From: Rhodosorus marinus CCMP1338
Taxonomy: Eukaryota > Plantae > Rhodophyta
Assembly (NCBI GenBank): GCA_029953675.1
Contig: JAMWBK010000001.1
Span: 868,001 to 932,000 of the forward strand
DNA: 64,000 nucleotides
Direction of reading: 5' to 3'
Shown here: one piece after another, positions 45,405 through 58,293 of the stretch
Layout of the letters: each line of letters begins with the position of its first letter
Position numbering within the stretch: the first letter of the stretch is position 1
Program-made: the position numbers and the translations under genes
The notes under the pieces: model-generated
Told to the model about the DNA's origin: nothing
Seen by the model: only the letters and a program-made list of their open reading frames with translations
Database searches by the model: none

Positions 45405-47926
45405 GGTAAATTACAATAAAACCCTGTACGCCGACCACAACCTACTCACATTCCAGTAAATTTTGCGACTCTTTAGGCCTGGCAACACCACCCTGGAGGC
45501 GTTCCTCATCTACGAGGCGAAAACCCCTTCACCAAGTGACGAAGAACAGCTTACCGCAGCGTCTGCAGGTCTGAAAGTCACAGCCGTTATCGGCTTTCGC
45601 CCACCAGTTTTCTGGAGGACCTCCGCTGGTAAAGATATCTGGCGAAGAACGCTTAGATCTGCGCCAAGCGCGACGACCACTGAATTGACACATGCATAAA
45701 CCTGGCCGCGAGGGACAGGGCAGGTTATCAGATGGTGATCTAGAGTCGGAGCATAGACCTAGGAGAAAACCCTACCACAAGAAGGGTTCCTCTGTATGTG
45801 ATCGTATCCAAAGAGCCAGCCAGGCAGTTGGCTGAGGGAGGTAGGCGCTGAAGCAGTCTCACTTCGCGCTCGTGAACGGCCTGAATGAATTCTTGGTGGT
45901 CAGCAGGGCCCTTCAGTCTCTCAATTGCCTTCAGGGATTCATGCAATCGAATCCCTTTCCTCCTAGCCGTGGTCATCCTCGAGGACTAGACCGCTACCTC
46001 CAATCGACTGATTAAAACGATTGACCCCGAAGCTCTTTCTCGCGCATGTCTGATGTCTCAATAGCAATCAGATGCGCTGGAACGCTAAAACCCGTGGAGT
46101 CATAGATTCCAAACAATGATCAGATACCGCAACTCCTACCCAACCAGCCGCCGGTACGCGATCCCACCAATCTGAACACAAGAACAAACCTCTGTACTAA
46201 ATAGCCCAGATCATCAATCCACCAAGCGGACGGAAAACCTTGACACCCCTAACCTCACAAAGAATCTGGCCTCAAACAGGGATGATTGAGTCTCTCCTAT
46301 CCCAGTCTCCAGTACCCTTCCCTCAACAACTTCACAACCTTCAGACCCCCAAACGCACACCCGAGCGCTTCTTCTCCAGTTGTAAAAAAGGCACTTTCCC
46401 GTTTGCGCCATCCCCATGCCAACATTTGTCAACCCCAACCCCCCGGGCCCCGGGCACCGTACGGGTTTTGGACAAATGCAACCGGAAACCACCCCCAACC
46501 CCCCAAATAAATTTCCTGCACATCGAAACTTTCATACCCGTTCCACAAAAAATATTGGAAGAAAAATGCCCTATTTAAACTTTTTCAACAAAAAAAATAT
46601 ACCCCTTAGATTGAACGCATTAAAAAATCCAGGATTATGTCGAACTACAAAAAAGCAATAGAAATTTTGAACCCCCCGCGCCAGACCCGGGTTTCAAGAT
46701 TACTGGGATTTTAAATCTAGATAAATTATCCCTTGAAAAATCGTCAGGTTCAACGGTATCGAACGTAATCTAGTCTTTCTTTTGGAATCTCTCAGATTAT
46801 GATAAAACTACAGAAGCACGAATTTGTTGGGAAAAACCTAACACCAGTCTAGAGCATCTTCGGATACAATCAGCCCAAATTATTAATATTTGTTCTAGAT
46901 ATCCTGAATTGGTAGAAATAATAGAATTTAATAGAAGCAATATACTAATTATTGAATCTGGATCATGATTATGACGATGTGGTTGCAGTTGGCGACTAAC
47001 AGTTAGCTTGGCCGATAACAACTATGGCGCATACACACCTTCTTTTTGGAGAAATCTCCATTTTCAAGGAGATCCTGGATAGGGTTTCAAACGCCAATGC
47101 CATTTAGAAACTGTTCTGTGACGGAGTACGCAGCGGGTGAACGCCCTTTCGCGTATGTATTGGACGACAAGAACCAAACAGTGGTACTGCCAGTGAAGAG
47201 CCTTGACCTCTTGTCGACATCCTCAACCGTGAGTTGAATGGAAACTGCTGTGATTGGACGATATCTTGTGTAGAATAGCGCCTCCTCAAAATTTGCAGAG
47301 CATCAGGCTTCTATCGGGCCTCCCTCCTTTCTTCAGGTTTTGGAAAGACGTCGGACCTTGTCTTCCGATACTGATAACACTACACAGCTTTCATGCCTGC
47401 TGCTATCTGATTTGGAAATGGTATTCCGTGAAGCCCCAGTTGTACGCGTCAAAATCTGAACTGATTTGGATCAAAATCCCATGAGCGCTGAGACTCTTCT
47501 GGTCAGGGAATCTGTCAATATTGGGACACAAATGATCTTCTGTTCTCATCTGTAGTCCCTTGTTCCTGCATGGTGGCGTTCCGCCCACATGTTCCTTCAG
47601 TGCGGAACGGAGCCGGTTTCTAGAGTCGCATAAAGATCCCTGCGAGCCGTGAGAAGTACTGGATCAGCCAAAATAGCTGAGCTCGAGTCAAGTTCAACAC
47701 AACTGCAGAAGAATCTGCTCCTCATTCTTACCTTCAGTCGCTGTGCCCTTGGATCCTGTGACACCTTCCTCAAGTTGTTGAGACTGGGCAGAAACAGTTC
47801 GAAATATCTTGTGTGGGAAGGATGAGGTGGAGAGACGATTGGGCTTGCCGAGTACTTGAAGCCTTGTGCCGTAACCTATTTTCCTAATCGTTTTCTCGGA
47901 TTACTCTACATAGATACTCATAGACT

Positions 47927-48803
47927 ATGCCTCCGTCAATACTTATTGCAGTTGCGGAAGGGAGCGAGGTAGGATGGGCGCGGGCTACTCGGACCTTCTA
48001 TTTCGCTGTTCTTTGGCACCTTTGCTGAGTGGGTTATTCCGTCTTTCTCGACCCTACCAGGAGGTTGAAGCGGTATCCACGGCCAATGCTCTTCGTAGAG
48101 GAGAATGTGAGGTGACGTTCGCATCAGTTTCGAACGATAAGACGGTCACCTGCGCCAGGAAAACCAAGCTCGTATGCGATGCTTTGCTAGAGGAGGTCGC
48201 GGGAAAGAAGTTCGACTTCATCGCCTTGCCTGGGGGTGAGATCAGGCCAACCGAATTCGTCGCTTACTCCATTCCGACAAACCTTTCACTGAAGAACGAA
48301 GCCCTAATATGTTACATCACCTAACAGGTGTTGCTGGGGCAAACAACCTAGCAAACTCGAAGACTCTCATAAAGATGCTGAAAGATCAGCAGGCGAGGGA
48401 AGCTTGGTACGGTGGGATCTGTGCGGCCCCTGCACTGGTTTTCAAGCCAAATGACCTGTTTCCAATTTCAGGAACCTGCTATCCGTCGTTTCAGGACAAG
48501 ATCGAGGGCGCTTTGAACGTCGAGGGTGAGCCAGAATCGAAACACTGTCCAGGAACGGTTTTCGGAGATTATGGATTCCTGGTCATCGCTCCACTCGAGT
48601 TTGAAAATTCCACTTCTAAACGTTCTGCTCTCGTCTGTCACGCCCACAATGCCGTAGATCGAGTCGTGGTTGATGAACTCGCAAAGGTCATTACGAGTCA
48701 AGGCCCAGCAACGGCGATTCCGTTCGGGATCAAGATTCTAGAGGTTCTGTCCGGACCGGAGAAGGCATCCGCTGTGAAATCTCAAATGCTCTGCATTGAA
48801 TAG
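47927..48803 (+). CDS. DJ-1: DJ-1/ThiJ/PfpI family protein, 4 exons
   Basis: MPPSILIAVAEGSE|EVEAV (intron 47969-48060), FDFIALPGG, GGICAAP (catalytic Cys), VITSQGPATAIPF. Confidence 0.88.
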
Positions 48804-49828
48804 TGGTTTCTGTAAGCCTCCACCAGCAGTCCAAGGTTGACTGGAGTTGCCACTACTCGTGAAAAATTGCCCTGAATAGTGAATGAAGACCTTTGTCTAC
48901 AGACCAACCATCGCCTTCTTTGCTTGTGATCTGGACAAGATGCGAAATTCATTGCCTTGGGCCTGCCTTTGCTTCGTTCTGCGTAACCACAAACAGCAAG
49001 TCTCGGAGATGTCGCGAGTGGACTTTTTATCTCCCACACAATGTAACCCTGGCCAGCCCGGTGTACTTTTACCTTGGGTAAAAACTACGCACTATCGAAA
49101 TGAACGCAATTTTTCATATTTATAGATGAGAGCAAGAGTATTAAATAACACAATAAAATAGATGAAACCACCGCTACGACTCGTTGCATTTGCAAACGGA
49201 TAGTATCGGAAGACTAGAATATAGAATAACATAAATAATTAGATGAAAAGTAGGCGTCAAACAAGTTGTCAAGCGGAACTGAAGAAGAAATTGAAGTCCG
49301 TGTCTTTGAGTATGGTCGATTCGAGGTTCCGTTCACGGAGGAGGCAGTGCAGACCTTGAGGCACGGGATCAGCACGCGAATAGACGGATACATGGGACTA
49401 AGGAAAAAAAGCAGAAACGTGCCGCACGATTCGGCTTGAGTTCTTGATCCTGAGGCAAGAGGAGCAGCGCGTGCTTCTAGTTCCCAAACATCAATCTGCA
49501 ATACCGAGGGGATTCAAGGTGGCACTTGTACAGCGTCAGTGGGCACAATCCACGTTCCATTGCTGTCAAGAGAGATTCAACTGTCCATCGGTGTACGGTT
49601 CCAAGCTCAATCTAAAGCACCAAACATTTTTTTTTTTTTACTTGCGCATCGACAGGCAGCAACGGTGCCGATAGATCTTGGAGAGTAATAACTTGCCCAA
49701 GGCAAGAAGGAGTGGGTACTGTACAAAAGGGAGGTAGATTTTGGAGATTAATTTGCTTAGGGGATCCGTTCGACTACACTGGGGCAACAACGCCCTACTC
49801 ATTGGCGATTGCCACTGGAAAACCGGCA

Positions 49829-50436
49829 CTAGTCAATTGTTAGATCATCAACATTCCAATCCTCGTAGCTTCCATCGGGAAGATACCGTCTGACAGTTAT
49901 GGGTATCTTCTTTTCCCTCAGCTCCTACAGGAGAAGAGAGTTTAGAGGAAAAGCCGGCAACTAACACAAGGCACTATAGATAATGTCTTGGGTATGCATG
50001 TGCCAACCTTTTGTGCGATCACCAATGGATCAGTTTCACCATCCAGTTCTACCAAAATTGGAGCCCCCATGCTTATTTGAAGGGCTCGGGTCCCTAAAAT
50101 CCGAGCCCGTTCATATTTGGTCATGTATTTCGTTGTTGTTCGTTCCTCCCTAGGTACACTTAAGATCCAAACAGCGAGCAAGAGGAAACTCGGTTATACT
50201 TTGTTCGCAGAAGTGATGATACCTTTTGCGCTAAGAGTTGTGCCGTACGCTCTGTTTTCACTGTCCTTGTTTTCTTCATCCCCATCCCCTTCTTCCACCT
50301 GCAGGACATGGTTACAAAACATAGTCAGATCTTCAACTTCACTCCGAGGAACCGATCTGATGCTGCCGCAACGAGCTATTACCTCTCTATCTGATTCCGC
50401 ACCACCGGAGATATCGTCCATCTCGTAATCGTCCAT
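49829..50436 (-). CDS. RPB6: DNA-directed RNA polymerases I/II/III subunit RPABC2, spliced
   Basis: [36 protein letters not shown]|[23 protein letters not shown], with an acidic N-terminus. Confidence 0.97.
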
Positions 50437-51491
50437 TCTAAATCCCCGAAAAACAAAAAACAGAAGCTGTTAACCACTCAAAAGCGTTGCAAGATAGCAA
50501 TCCATTCGCATGACGACTCCCTCCCTACCCTCCTTCAACGTCATCTCCATCCGCGTCAGACATCTTTGCGGAGCACTTCGATTTGCGGAGAAGACTAGGA
50601 AAAGGGGAAACAAGAAAAATCCTATACAAATAACCTGCTTTTGCTCAGATCCTCAACACTTCCAACTCCAACTCCAACCCCGCCCCACCCTAAAAAAAAA
50701 CCCTCTGAGTCTCTTCAAAAACGGCACCAGAAAAAGCCACATCGACGCAAGCCAATCCACCCGCCACAAAGCTTTTCTCAACTGAGGAAAACGTTCACCT
50801 CAGAAATTGTTGCTAGAAAGCAAGAAATTGTGACAAATCTGCAGGTCCTCAAATCCTCATCAACACCGGAACCAGGACGAACACCAACTTCAGTATCTTC
50901 AAAGCAACTTTTATGAACCTCATGGAAAGCCTACAAAGAGGGCAAGAGCGATTTCCGCTTTACGACCAGCCGCCGCTGAACATGGTCTCCTTTTCTAAAG
51001 CAATTCGGATTGGAGAGTTTTGGTCGCATTTTGAGCAATGAAGCTGATCTTGTGGGTCATTTTACAGAAAGGCCTCTGCAAGTTGACACGTCCAAATACC
51101 GTTGTTGTTGACGACAGCTAGCTTTTGTCGCAAAAGCAGAGCTATCGATTCGTCTCCGAAATCCAGGCGTTGTCCGACGTGCGAACGTACAACGGATAAG
51201 CAAGGCACGAAGAATGTGGTCTGTCGAATGGTCTATGGGCAAAGGGTAACCTAGGTTTGGTTAATCGTATGTATAGGTCGAAACGGATCCATTGTACAAG
51301 TATCTCGCAATTTTCGATGGTGTCTCCTGCTTGTCCCAGTCCTCATCCTGAAACTGAATTGATTTGTAAGAACGCTGCCAGCTAAATCCCAAGCAGTAAA
51401 CAAGGAAGCTCGCTCGGTTGACGGCGAGCTCTAGACCAATTTATAACGAAATCTGGAGAGAAAGTCTTTTTACCATGAGACCCGGCAATGT

Positions 51492-52740
51492 TCAGATGGC
51501 CAGGAGTGAGGCTGAAATGATCGCGACTCCGGCGACGATATCCTTCAATGGGAACTGTTCACTGAGCACGACAAACGCTGTGATAGACGACCACACTGGT
51601 TGCGTCGAATACAGAATGGAAGCGACTGATGGTGGTATGCTCATCTGGCCTCTCGTCTGTGCCCATTGTGGAAATGCAGTCGTCACTACTCCCAACCAAA
51701 TAAGTATTAACGCAGACGCTTGTAAATCGTTGAAAGTCACGTTGGCGAGGTATTCTCCAACTCCTCCAGTGGATGTCAAAGTTAAGGTTGTGTAGATCGA
51801 GGCAATACATAGTTGGCTAATCGTCTGGCATGAAGAGGACGAACGACAAGCATTAGGTATCAGAGTTTTCAGAGAGAACGCTCTAGAGAGCTCTACTCTG
51901 TTTCGAGTGGTGAGAGCTCCCGGTCTTTGCTGTTACCTTTGCACGAGCGAGGTCAAAGGTCTTCCGAAGTTTCGTGGATAGAGTGCCAAGCCGAATGACG
52001 TGAAGTGAATAGAAAACTGCTGCAAAGAGGGCAAGCGCGTCTCCAAGGTTGAGCCGTGAGAAATCTAGAGCTCCGAGGGATTTTGGGTCATCCACAGAGA
52101 ACAGAATTATCCCTATACTAGCAAGGATTACCGATGGGAGGATTCTTTTGAAAGGAAACCTCCCGAGGATCGCCTCAATCGTTGGCACAAGCACACTGGT
52201 TGTCTGTACAATGAAGGCTGCCTTTGAAGCGGTGGTGAGCTTAAGCGCCTCGAGCTGGATTGTGGAGCCGAGGAACAAGTACAAGCCCAGCTCAAACCCT
52301 GCATAATAATAGCTTATCGTCGATTCATGTTCTGCGCTGGATTCGACTTCTGAGCTCTGCCCCGAGCTCGAGAACTTCCTCAACGCGAACTGAACGAGGA
52401 AAGCTATCTGAAAGGTTGCTAGCGACACGAGGTAGTTGCCGAGATCTATTCAGAATGAACAACCAGCCGATCAGCAGAGGCAGCTCCGAACAAGTTTTCT
52501 ACCCGATCCGAGGACACAAAACTTACTGATTAGCGGCGCTGGAGGTGGATGGTCGATAGAATACAAGAGTCTCACTGCCACATTGTAGGTGGACCATGCA
52601 ACTGGGACGCTAGCGAGGATGCTAATCGACTTCAAGTCAGGAGAACCCGTCTTGAGCATTCGTCGCGTCGTTTTCTGGACATTTAGTGACTGCCAGCCAA
52701 AATACTTCACATAGCTCGGCACCAAGAAACCTATCATCAT
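51492..52740 (-). CDS. EamA/DMT family transporter, likely plastid-targeted, spliced
   Basis: TASKAAFIVQTTSVLVP; GDALALFAAVFYSLHV; PPSVASILYSTQPVWSS. The N-terminus MMIGFLVPS resembles a transit peptide. Confidence 0.8.
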
Positions 52741-53927
52741 CCCCCCACCAACCGCCCCGCGCCTCTGCCTCTGAGTGCTTAGGTTCTCGATACTCGTTCG
52801 CCCATGCAAAAAGTTGCAGCCATCCTCATCGCCGGAACGACTCAACCAATTGCGTCAGATCAACAGGGCGTCTGTACGTACGCTAAACACTTTCATCTCC
52901 TGCCTGTAGCCACATAAAGTTGAGACCCTCCTGGTGCACAATGCTCTGTGACTAGAACACCGCGGACGTCGGAGAGAAGCTCACTACAATCCTCGCCGGC
53001 ACTACCACGAGCAACAACAAAGTGCAGGAATGTGACAGGAAAGATCATTCCACCAGCGCCTGCTGGCACGATGTGGTTTATGTGTAGGAAAACAGGACAT
53101 GCAAAAGCAACTTGCTAGCAGAGCAAGCAAGGTTCACAGTGAGTATACAAGCTCTATGGACGAGCGAGAGGCGCGGACGATATGTTCAGCATGAGGAACG
53201 GACCGACCTTTCTGACTCCCCTTCGCAGGGGTCCAGATTTCTGGTTTGATACTGACTAGCTCGAGGTGATTATTGATGCCTGTCAGATCGTCAGCATCAC
53301 AAGCGCATCTTACAATTTGTAGGCTCCCTGTGACGCTACTTGTTTCACCACAATTGGCTTTTTCGTGCCGCCCGATTTGCGCACAGGCATGACCCTTCTT
53401 TCCACTCCAGCATTTTCACTGGCGAAAACTGATTTTGCCGGCGGGATTTTCTTGCGCTTCGTTTCCTCGCTGACTGTTTCACATCGCCCGTTTGACCTCA
53501 GCCCTAACTTGGACAAAGGAGACGAAGGCAACGGCCTCAAAAGCCAAACGCGGTTCCTAGCTTCTCCGTAAGCAGAGGACCGTAATAGCAAGCACGTAAA
53601 GGGACAGTTCGAAAACTTCAAGGATTTCCTTTCGACAAGACGTTTGTTGCGATCAAACGGAGGAAGTGTATTGCACCGACTTCATTACTGGCGTCGATGA
53701 CCTGCACGTGGACAATATCCACCGGCTCCACGCTCAGTTCTGAACTTACGTACGGCACAAAACGTGCACCGCACAGGGAATGAAGTGATGATTGAGGTCA
53801 GCGGAAACTGGAATTTACGCATTAATGACGCAGGTCTGTGTTTGTGCCACATAGACCAGCATCTGCTCAACCAGTCCAGGGTTCAGCTCACAAGTCTGCT
53901 TTAAATAAGTGTCGAAACCAGCTGTGA

Positions 53928-53957
53928 GGTGATCAGCATAGCGCTATGCTGATCACC
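53928..53957. repeat. Perfect 30-bp palindrome
   Basis: GGTGATCAGCATAGC|GCTATGCTGATCACC. Confidence 0.95.
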
Positions 53958-54239
53958 GATTCGGTCAGGACCTTCCATTCAACCTAGAGATATTGAGCGT
54001 AGTTGATTCCTCATGCGGTAGTTCACTGCGCTGGATTGCGGTTTCCAAGCTAAAGCCAGAGCTCCAACCTCGACCCTTACGTCTCATACATGAGGATACT
54101 CTCATTGTCGTAGTTTTCGAACGCTTCACCACTTTTAAGCCATCGGGGTTGCATTTTTTGCACGGGAGCCTTCCGTGGGTTCTTAAGTTCACAAGCTGGT
54201 TTTGGTCGCTTTCCTGAGTTCGGGAAGAGAATGGAGCAC

Positions 54240-55827
54240 CTAGCCACGGGGGCATTGTTGAGGATTTTCGGAACCCGGGCTTGCATCGTACTTAGGAGGA
54301 GGCGCTAGGCCCAACCTCCGAGCTACCTGCGAAAAGTGTTTCGAACCCGGATCTCAGCTTTTCTCGAATCTTCATTGGGCTGTGCACCTAGTCGTTCATG
54401 TTTCCCCATGTGTTTCGGATTAGTTTCTTACAGCATCTTCTCCACCGTACGCTTGTATAAGAACATCAGCATTCGGAACTCCGAATGCGACAAGGGTATC
54501 GCTTGAAGGCATGCGAATCATTCCCCTGTCAACAAACCGCAACGTGTCACACGCATCGAGCACTTCCAAGGCGAACGAAAGCGAGAACGGTCCCCAATAC
54601 AAATCGTTGGGCTTGCCACTGGGTAGCTTCAAATCCAGCCTTGAGGCCATTGCTTTGCTCCCGCCGTGCCGAATGATGAGACGAGATAGTTCCTCGAATC
54701 CATTCTGTTGGAGGTGTCTCAACTTTGGCATGACCCCTTTGGCGTCCGTTGACTCCATGTATTCGTTCAGTAGCCTCAACACGGTTCGAAATTCGCGAAA
54801 GTAACTGGAGAGACGCACATGAGGAACATCGAGTATCAGGTCCGAGCGCTCAGTTGAGTCAGAGCCCCTTCTAGTGGGACGATGAAGTCTAACCGCCAAT
54901 CTGAAGGGGAACACAGGCCTATAGTTGGCGCCACCTCGTCCGGGCCGCCCATTTGGCGTATGGTGTTCAGCAAGAATGGTTTCGTTCGGAGGACTGCAAT
55001 CGAGGGCATAATATTTCTGCCTTCATGAAGGCTGTCATCGGTTTCTTCGAGCAGATTCTCAACCTCCTTTCTCAGATTGACGGCGCAGTCGAAGTATCCC
55101 GGGCTGAAGTTGGCTATTGTGTACTTTCCACGCTTCTGCCTGGGCTTGGGCTCCCATCCAAGATGATCAGCAATTTTCTGCCAGCCTGTACCTCCTGGGA
55201 GACACTCTATTCTATTCACAAGTAGCGTATCTAGTTCTCTTATCGTCTTCTTTGGCGGCATGCGATCTGTTGGTAATCCTGCGTCAGTCAGCGTCCTCTC
55301 AACTAGTGCGGCGAGGTCTGCTACTTTCTCCGCTGCCTGGGAAATTTAGAAGTACTTTAAGCAAATCAAGCGGGCCTTAAGTTTCTCTTGCTTCGGGAGT
55401 CACTTCCGTTACCTTCAGGGACTGATCTGCTTTTCGAGAGCGCAAAAATTGAGCTGAGATTTAGATGCAAAGGACAACTGTGCTGTCCCGTCCTTCTGAT
55501 ATACTGACCTATGCGATCCCATCCTATGCTTTCAGAAACCTTGGCATACCCTCCCTGCATCAGAATTCTCCGGGCCAGTCCACTTGAGCCATATCTTCTT
55601 AGTTGCACGTCGGTTGGCATGACCCCGACGGGCAGCCCATTGACTTCACAGAACACTTGAAGATCAGTTGCCAAGATTTCAATCATATCCGCATCTTTCG
55701 AACTCATTTGAATCGCCCTCCGCAGCCTCCTCCTCCGCCTCTTCAGTGGGCAAACCTCTGGCCTCCAGGAGAACGCCTCACAGCGAACCGAAAAGACGCC
55801 AACGAAACAGCTTCTAGACACAACCAT
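54240..55827 (-). CDS. Uncharacterised helical-repeat protein (about 5 MP-x-L..G..I..GG..VA..LG repeats), likely organelle-targeted, spliced
   Basis: Repeats in ORFs 55366-55827, 54836-55261 and 54420-54914, plus an inferred last exon VARRLGL.. ending at 54240. Confidence 0.6.
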
Positions 55828-56716
55828 ACTGAGCTGTTCCTAGCAGGCTTATTTATGTTGCATTACATGATTAACAGTTCTACAGACTCTCAGCTGCTGA
55901 AAGAAAGCTAGCAAGCCCTCCTTGCCTTAGCAGCTGAAGCTTGTCTCAATGACATCCGAATCCACCTCCTCCAGTATCATCCCAGCCAATTGGAACCACA
56001 TGATCAGGCAGTTAGTACCAAAGTTACTAATACTATGTACTATGATGTACTCATTCGCCGATCAGGGCGACGTAGGATTTACAGGCTTTTCTGAAGAACC
56101 CTGTCCAATTATGACAGGCTAATAAAACTTCAAGACGGTGATCTAGTATGTTCTATCGTGGCTGTGCAAGAGCCCTTTATTCCGCAGCGAGAGAGCAACC
56201 GATTTGCTGATCCACCGGATGGCCCCATTGATGAAAAAGTGGTATATGAAGCTTGCCAGCTACAACGCGCCATGTTTTGCAGCGTTTTTAGCCCACCCGG
56301 CGGTCTGTATTTTGTCCGTCGAATAGACTGGATCCCCTGATGTGTAACTACCTGCGCATGAGTGACGAGTGGTGCACAACAGCCCTGGATTCCGACTGGG
56401 TGTAGATCACGACAGCGAAAGCAACAGTCTCATCGTATTAACTGACTTCCCCCCGCAGAGCTGACAACTCAGCTATGCAGTGATCCAGCGAGCAGGCCTG
56501 CTAGAGTGAATACCCAATCTAATCAAAACAATATTCTGTGGACTGGACCGACGGAGTGGATGAGAACGGATGGGGCACAAGCATGAAAACTTTTAGGTAC
56601 ACAAGCAGATGAACTACTGAACCTGAATCAAATGTTTTCTCGATGGCCAGGGCCGCCTGCCTCAGAGCAATCGGTTGTTCTAGGTTTCTCGAACCAACAA
56701 TCCATTTAATACTTTT

Positions 56717-57923
56717 CTAAGAAGCAGATGTTCCATGTACTCGGAAGCGATAAACGCATGTGTAGTCTGCTCCATGGTTTGAGAGAATCTCAAGACGCAC
56801 AATTCGCGTCGTGTGCGGTTCCTCAAGTTTAAAGCTCTGGTGGGAAACACCCGTGCTTGCGTTATACCTGAACTCGCCGAGAAGCGTTTCCGTAAGGTCC
56901 TGATTGAAGGCCACAACCCTGAAGTCTTTTGGCGCGGAGTTTACGGACGGAACCGTACTCGCGGGTGCATGTTCTATCGCTAATAGTTTGATTTTCGCCC
57001 TCCGAGCTAACTTGATAGTCAGATTCGCTTTGTCACCCGGAAAAGCCCAGCATTCTCCAGGCAGCAAGTTGTTCTAGTCACGAACATAAATAGGAGAATC
57101 CAACCATACGTCAATTTCTGCTAGTTTGGGAGGTGGAAGCCGCGAGTCTAAAATGTCCTACCTCCAAAGCAGAAGCAGGAGAATTCGGGTAGGCCGTCAG
57201 CCCATCCGCCTTTCTGCTCGTTATAAAATCGACCCTCTCTAGCATATAGCTTCTGAGGCGAGTCAGCGCTGATGGGCTCGACGCAAGAACAGTGGCTCCT
57301 GCGGAGATGAGCGCAAAGTCTGGTCCAAGGCCGCGATCAGCGGCGAGAAGCTCCGATACATCCTTGATCACATCCTCAACATCGAATTCCTCGCTTTCAA
57401 ATCTGCTTACGTCCCGTAGCGCTGCACGCACGGCCGTACGGGTGCGTTCCTCTTGCTGGTTCAGGCGTTCCAGTTTCATGTCTCGGATTGTGCTGAAGAG
57501 CTCACGTCGAGAGGCGAGATTAAGCCCGGGAGCAATGCCCATGTTCAGACGCTCCAGACCCGAAAGGAAGGCCTTCGCGACCTCATCCTTTGAGTCGGTG
57601 AGAACGACAACCGCTAGCGAGAATACGAGAGAATTGAAAACAATGAGGAGTAGAATCACCAAGGTAGAAAGCCGCCTCTCTTCTTCTTCTGGATCCTCAT
57701 CTCCTGATGTTGCCGTCTTGGATTCATCCATTCTAGAGCGATGAGCAGTACGGTCGAGGCTCCGTTCGATGCCCGCCCGAAGGCGTACGAAGATGGACTC
57801 ATTCGAAGGCTCTTGATCCTCTTGTTCGTCAATTATTTCATCCTCATCATCAGAGTTATCCTTATCCTTGTGGGGCGTGCTAACCTCTTCGTTCTCGTTC
57901 CAATCTCTGAGTGCACGGGGCAT
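56717..57923 (-). CDS. SUN-domain nuclear envelope protein (Sad1/UNC-84), 2 exons
   Basis: Acidic N-terminus, TM helix and coiled coil. SALE|NNLLPGECWAFPG..IEHAP..SAPKDF..SNHGADYTCVYRFRVHG. Confidence 0.92.
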
Positions 57924-58293
57924 CGCAAGCTACACGGGAAGCAAAACGAAGCAGCAGCTTTTCTTGAGTCCATAAAATTCTCAAGTATCGATAGCAATAA
58001 AACAGACTACAGACCTTGACTGTGCTCGAACCCCTCACTTCAGTCGTCTCGCTCTCGCAAATAAGTCCATTTCCATGGACAGAGAACAAAACGCGTCGGC
58101 CACCAGCTAACGCCCTGATTCAGGAGAAAAGCTTAGTTTGTAAAACAAAAGAAAGAACCGTCGACCCCGACATCGAGCGCAAGGAGCCAGACCACTCCAT
58201 CCCTTACCCTTCGCTATAGTCAATCCGAGTTCTTACCCTACTGGACTTGCGACTCATCCTGCTTCAATCAGCTTCGCCTCGAAGCTGGTCCTC

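Noticed and set aside
45740-47870. ORF fragments suggesting one or two further spliced genes (also 48900-49830, 50500-51250, 52900-53900, 61060-62200)
   Set aside because: Probably genic given the gene density, but I could not assign families or reliable boundaries.
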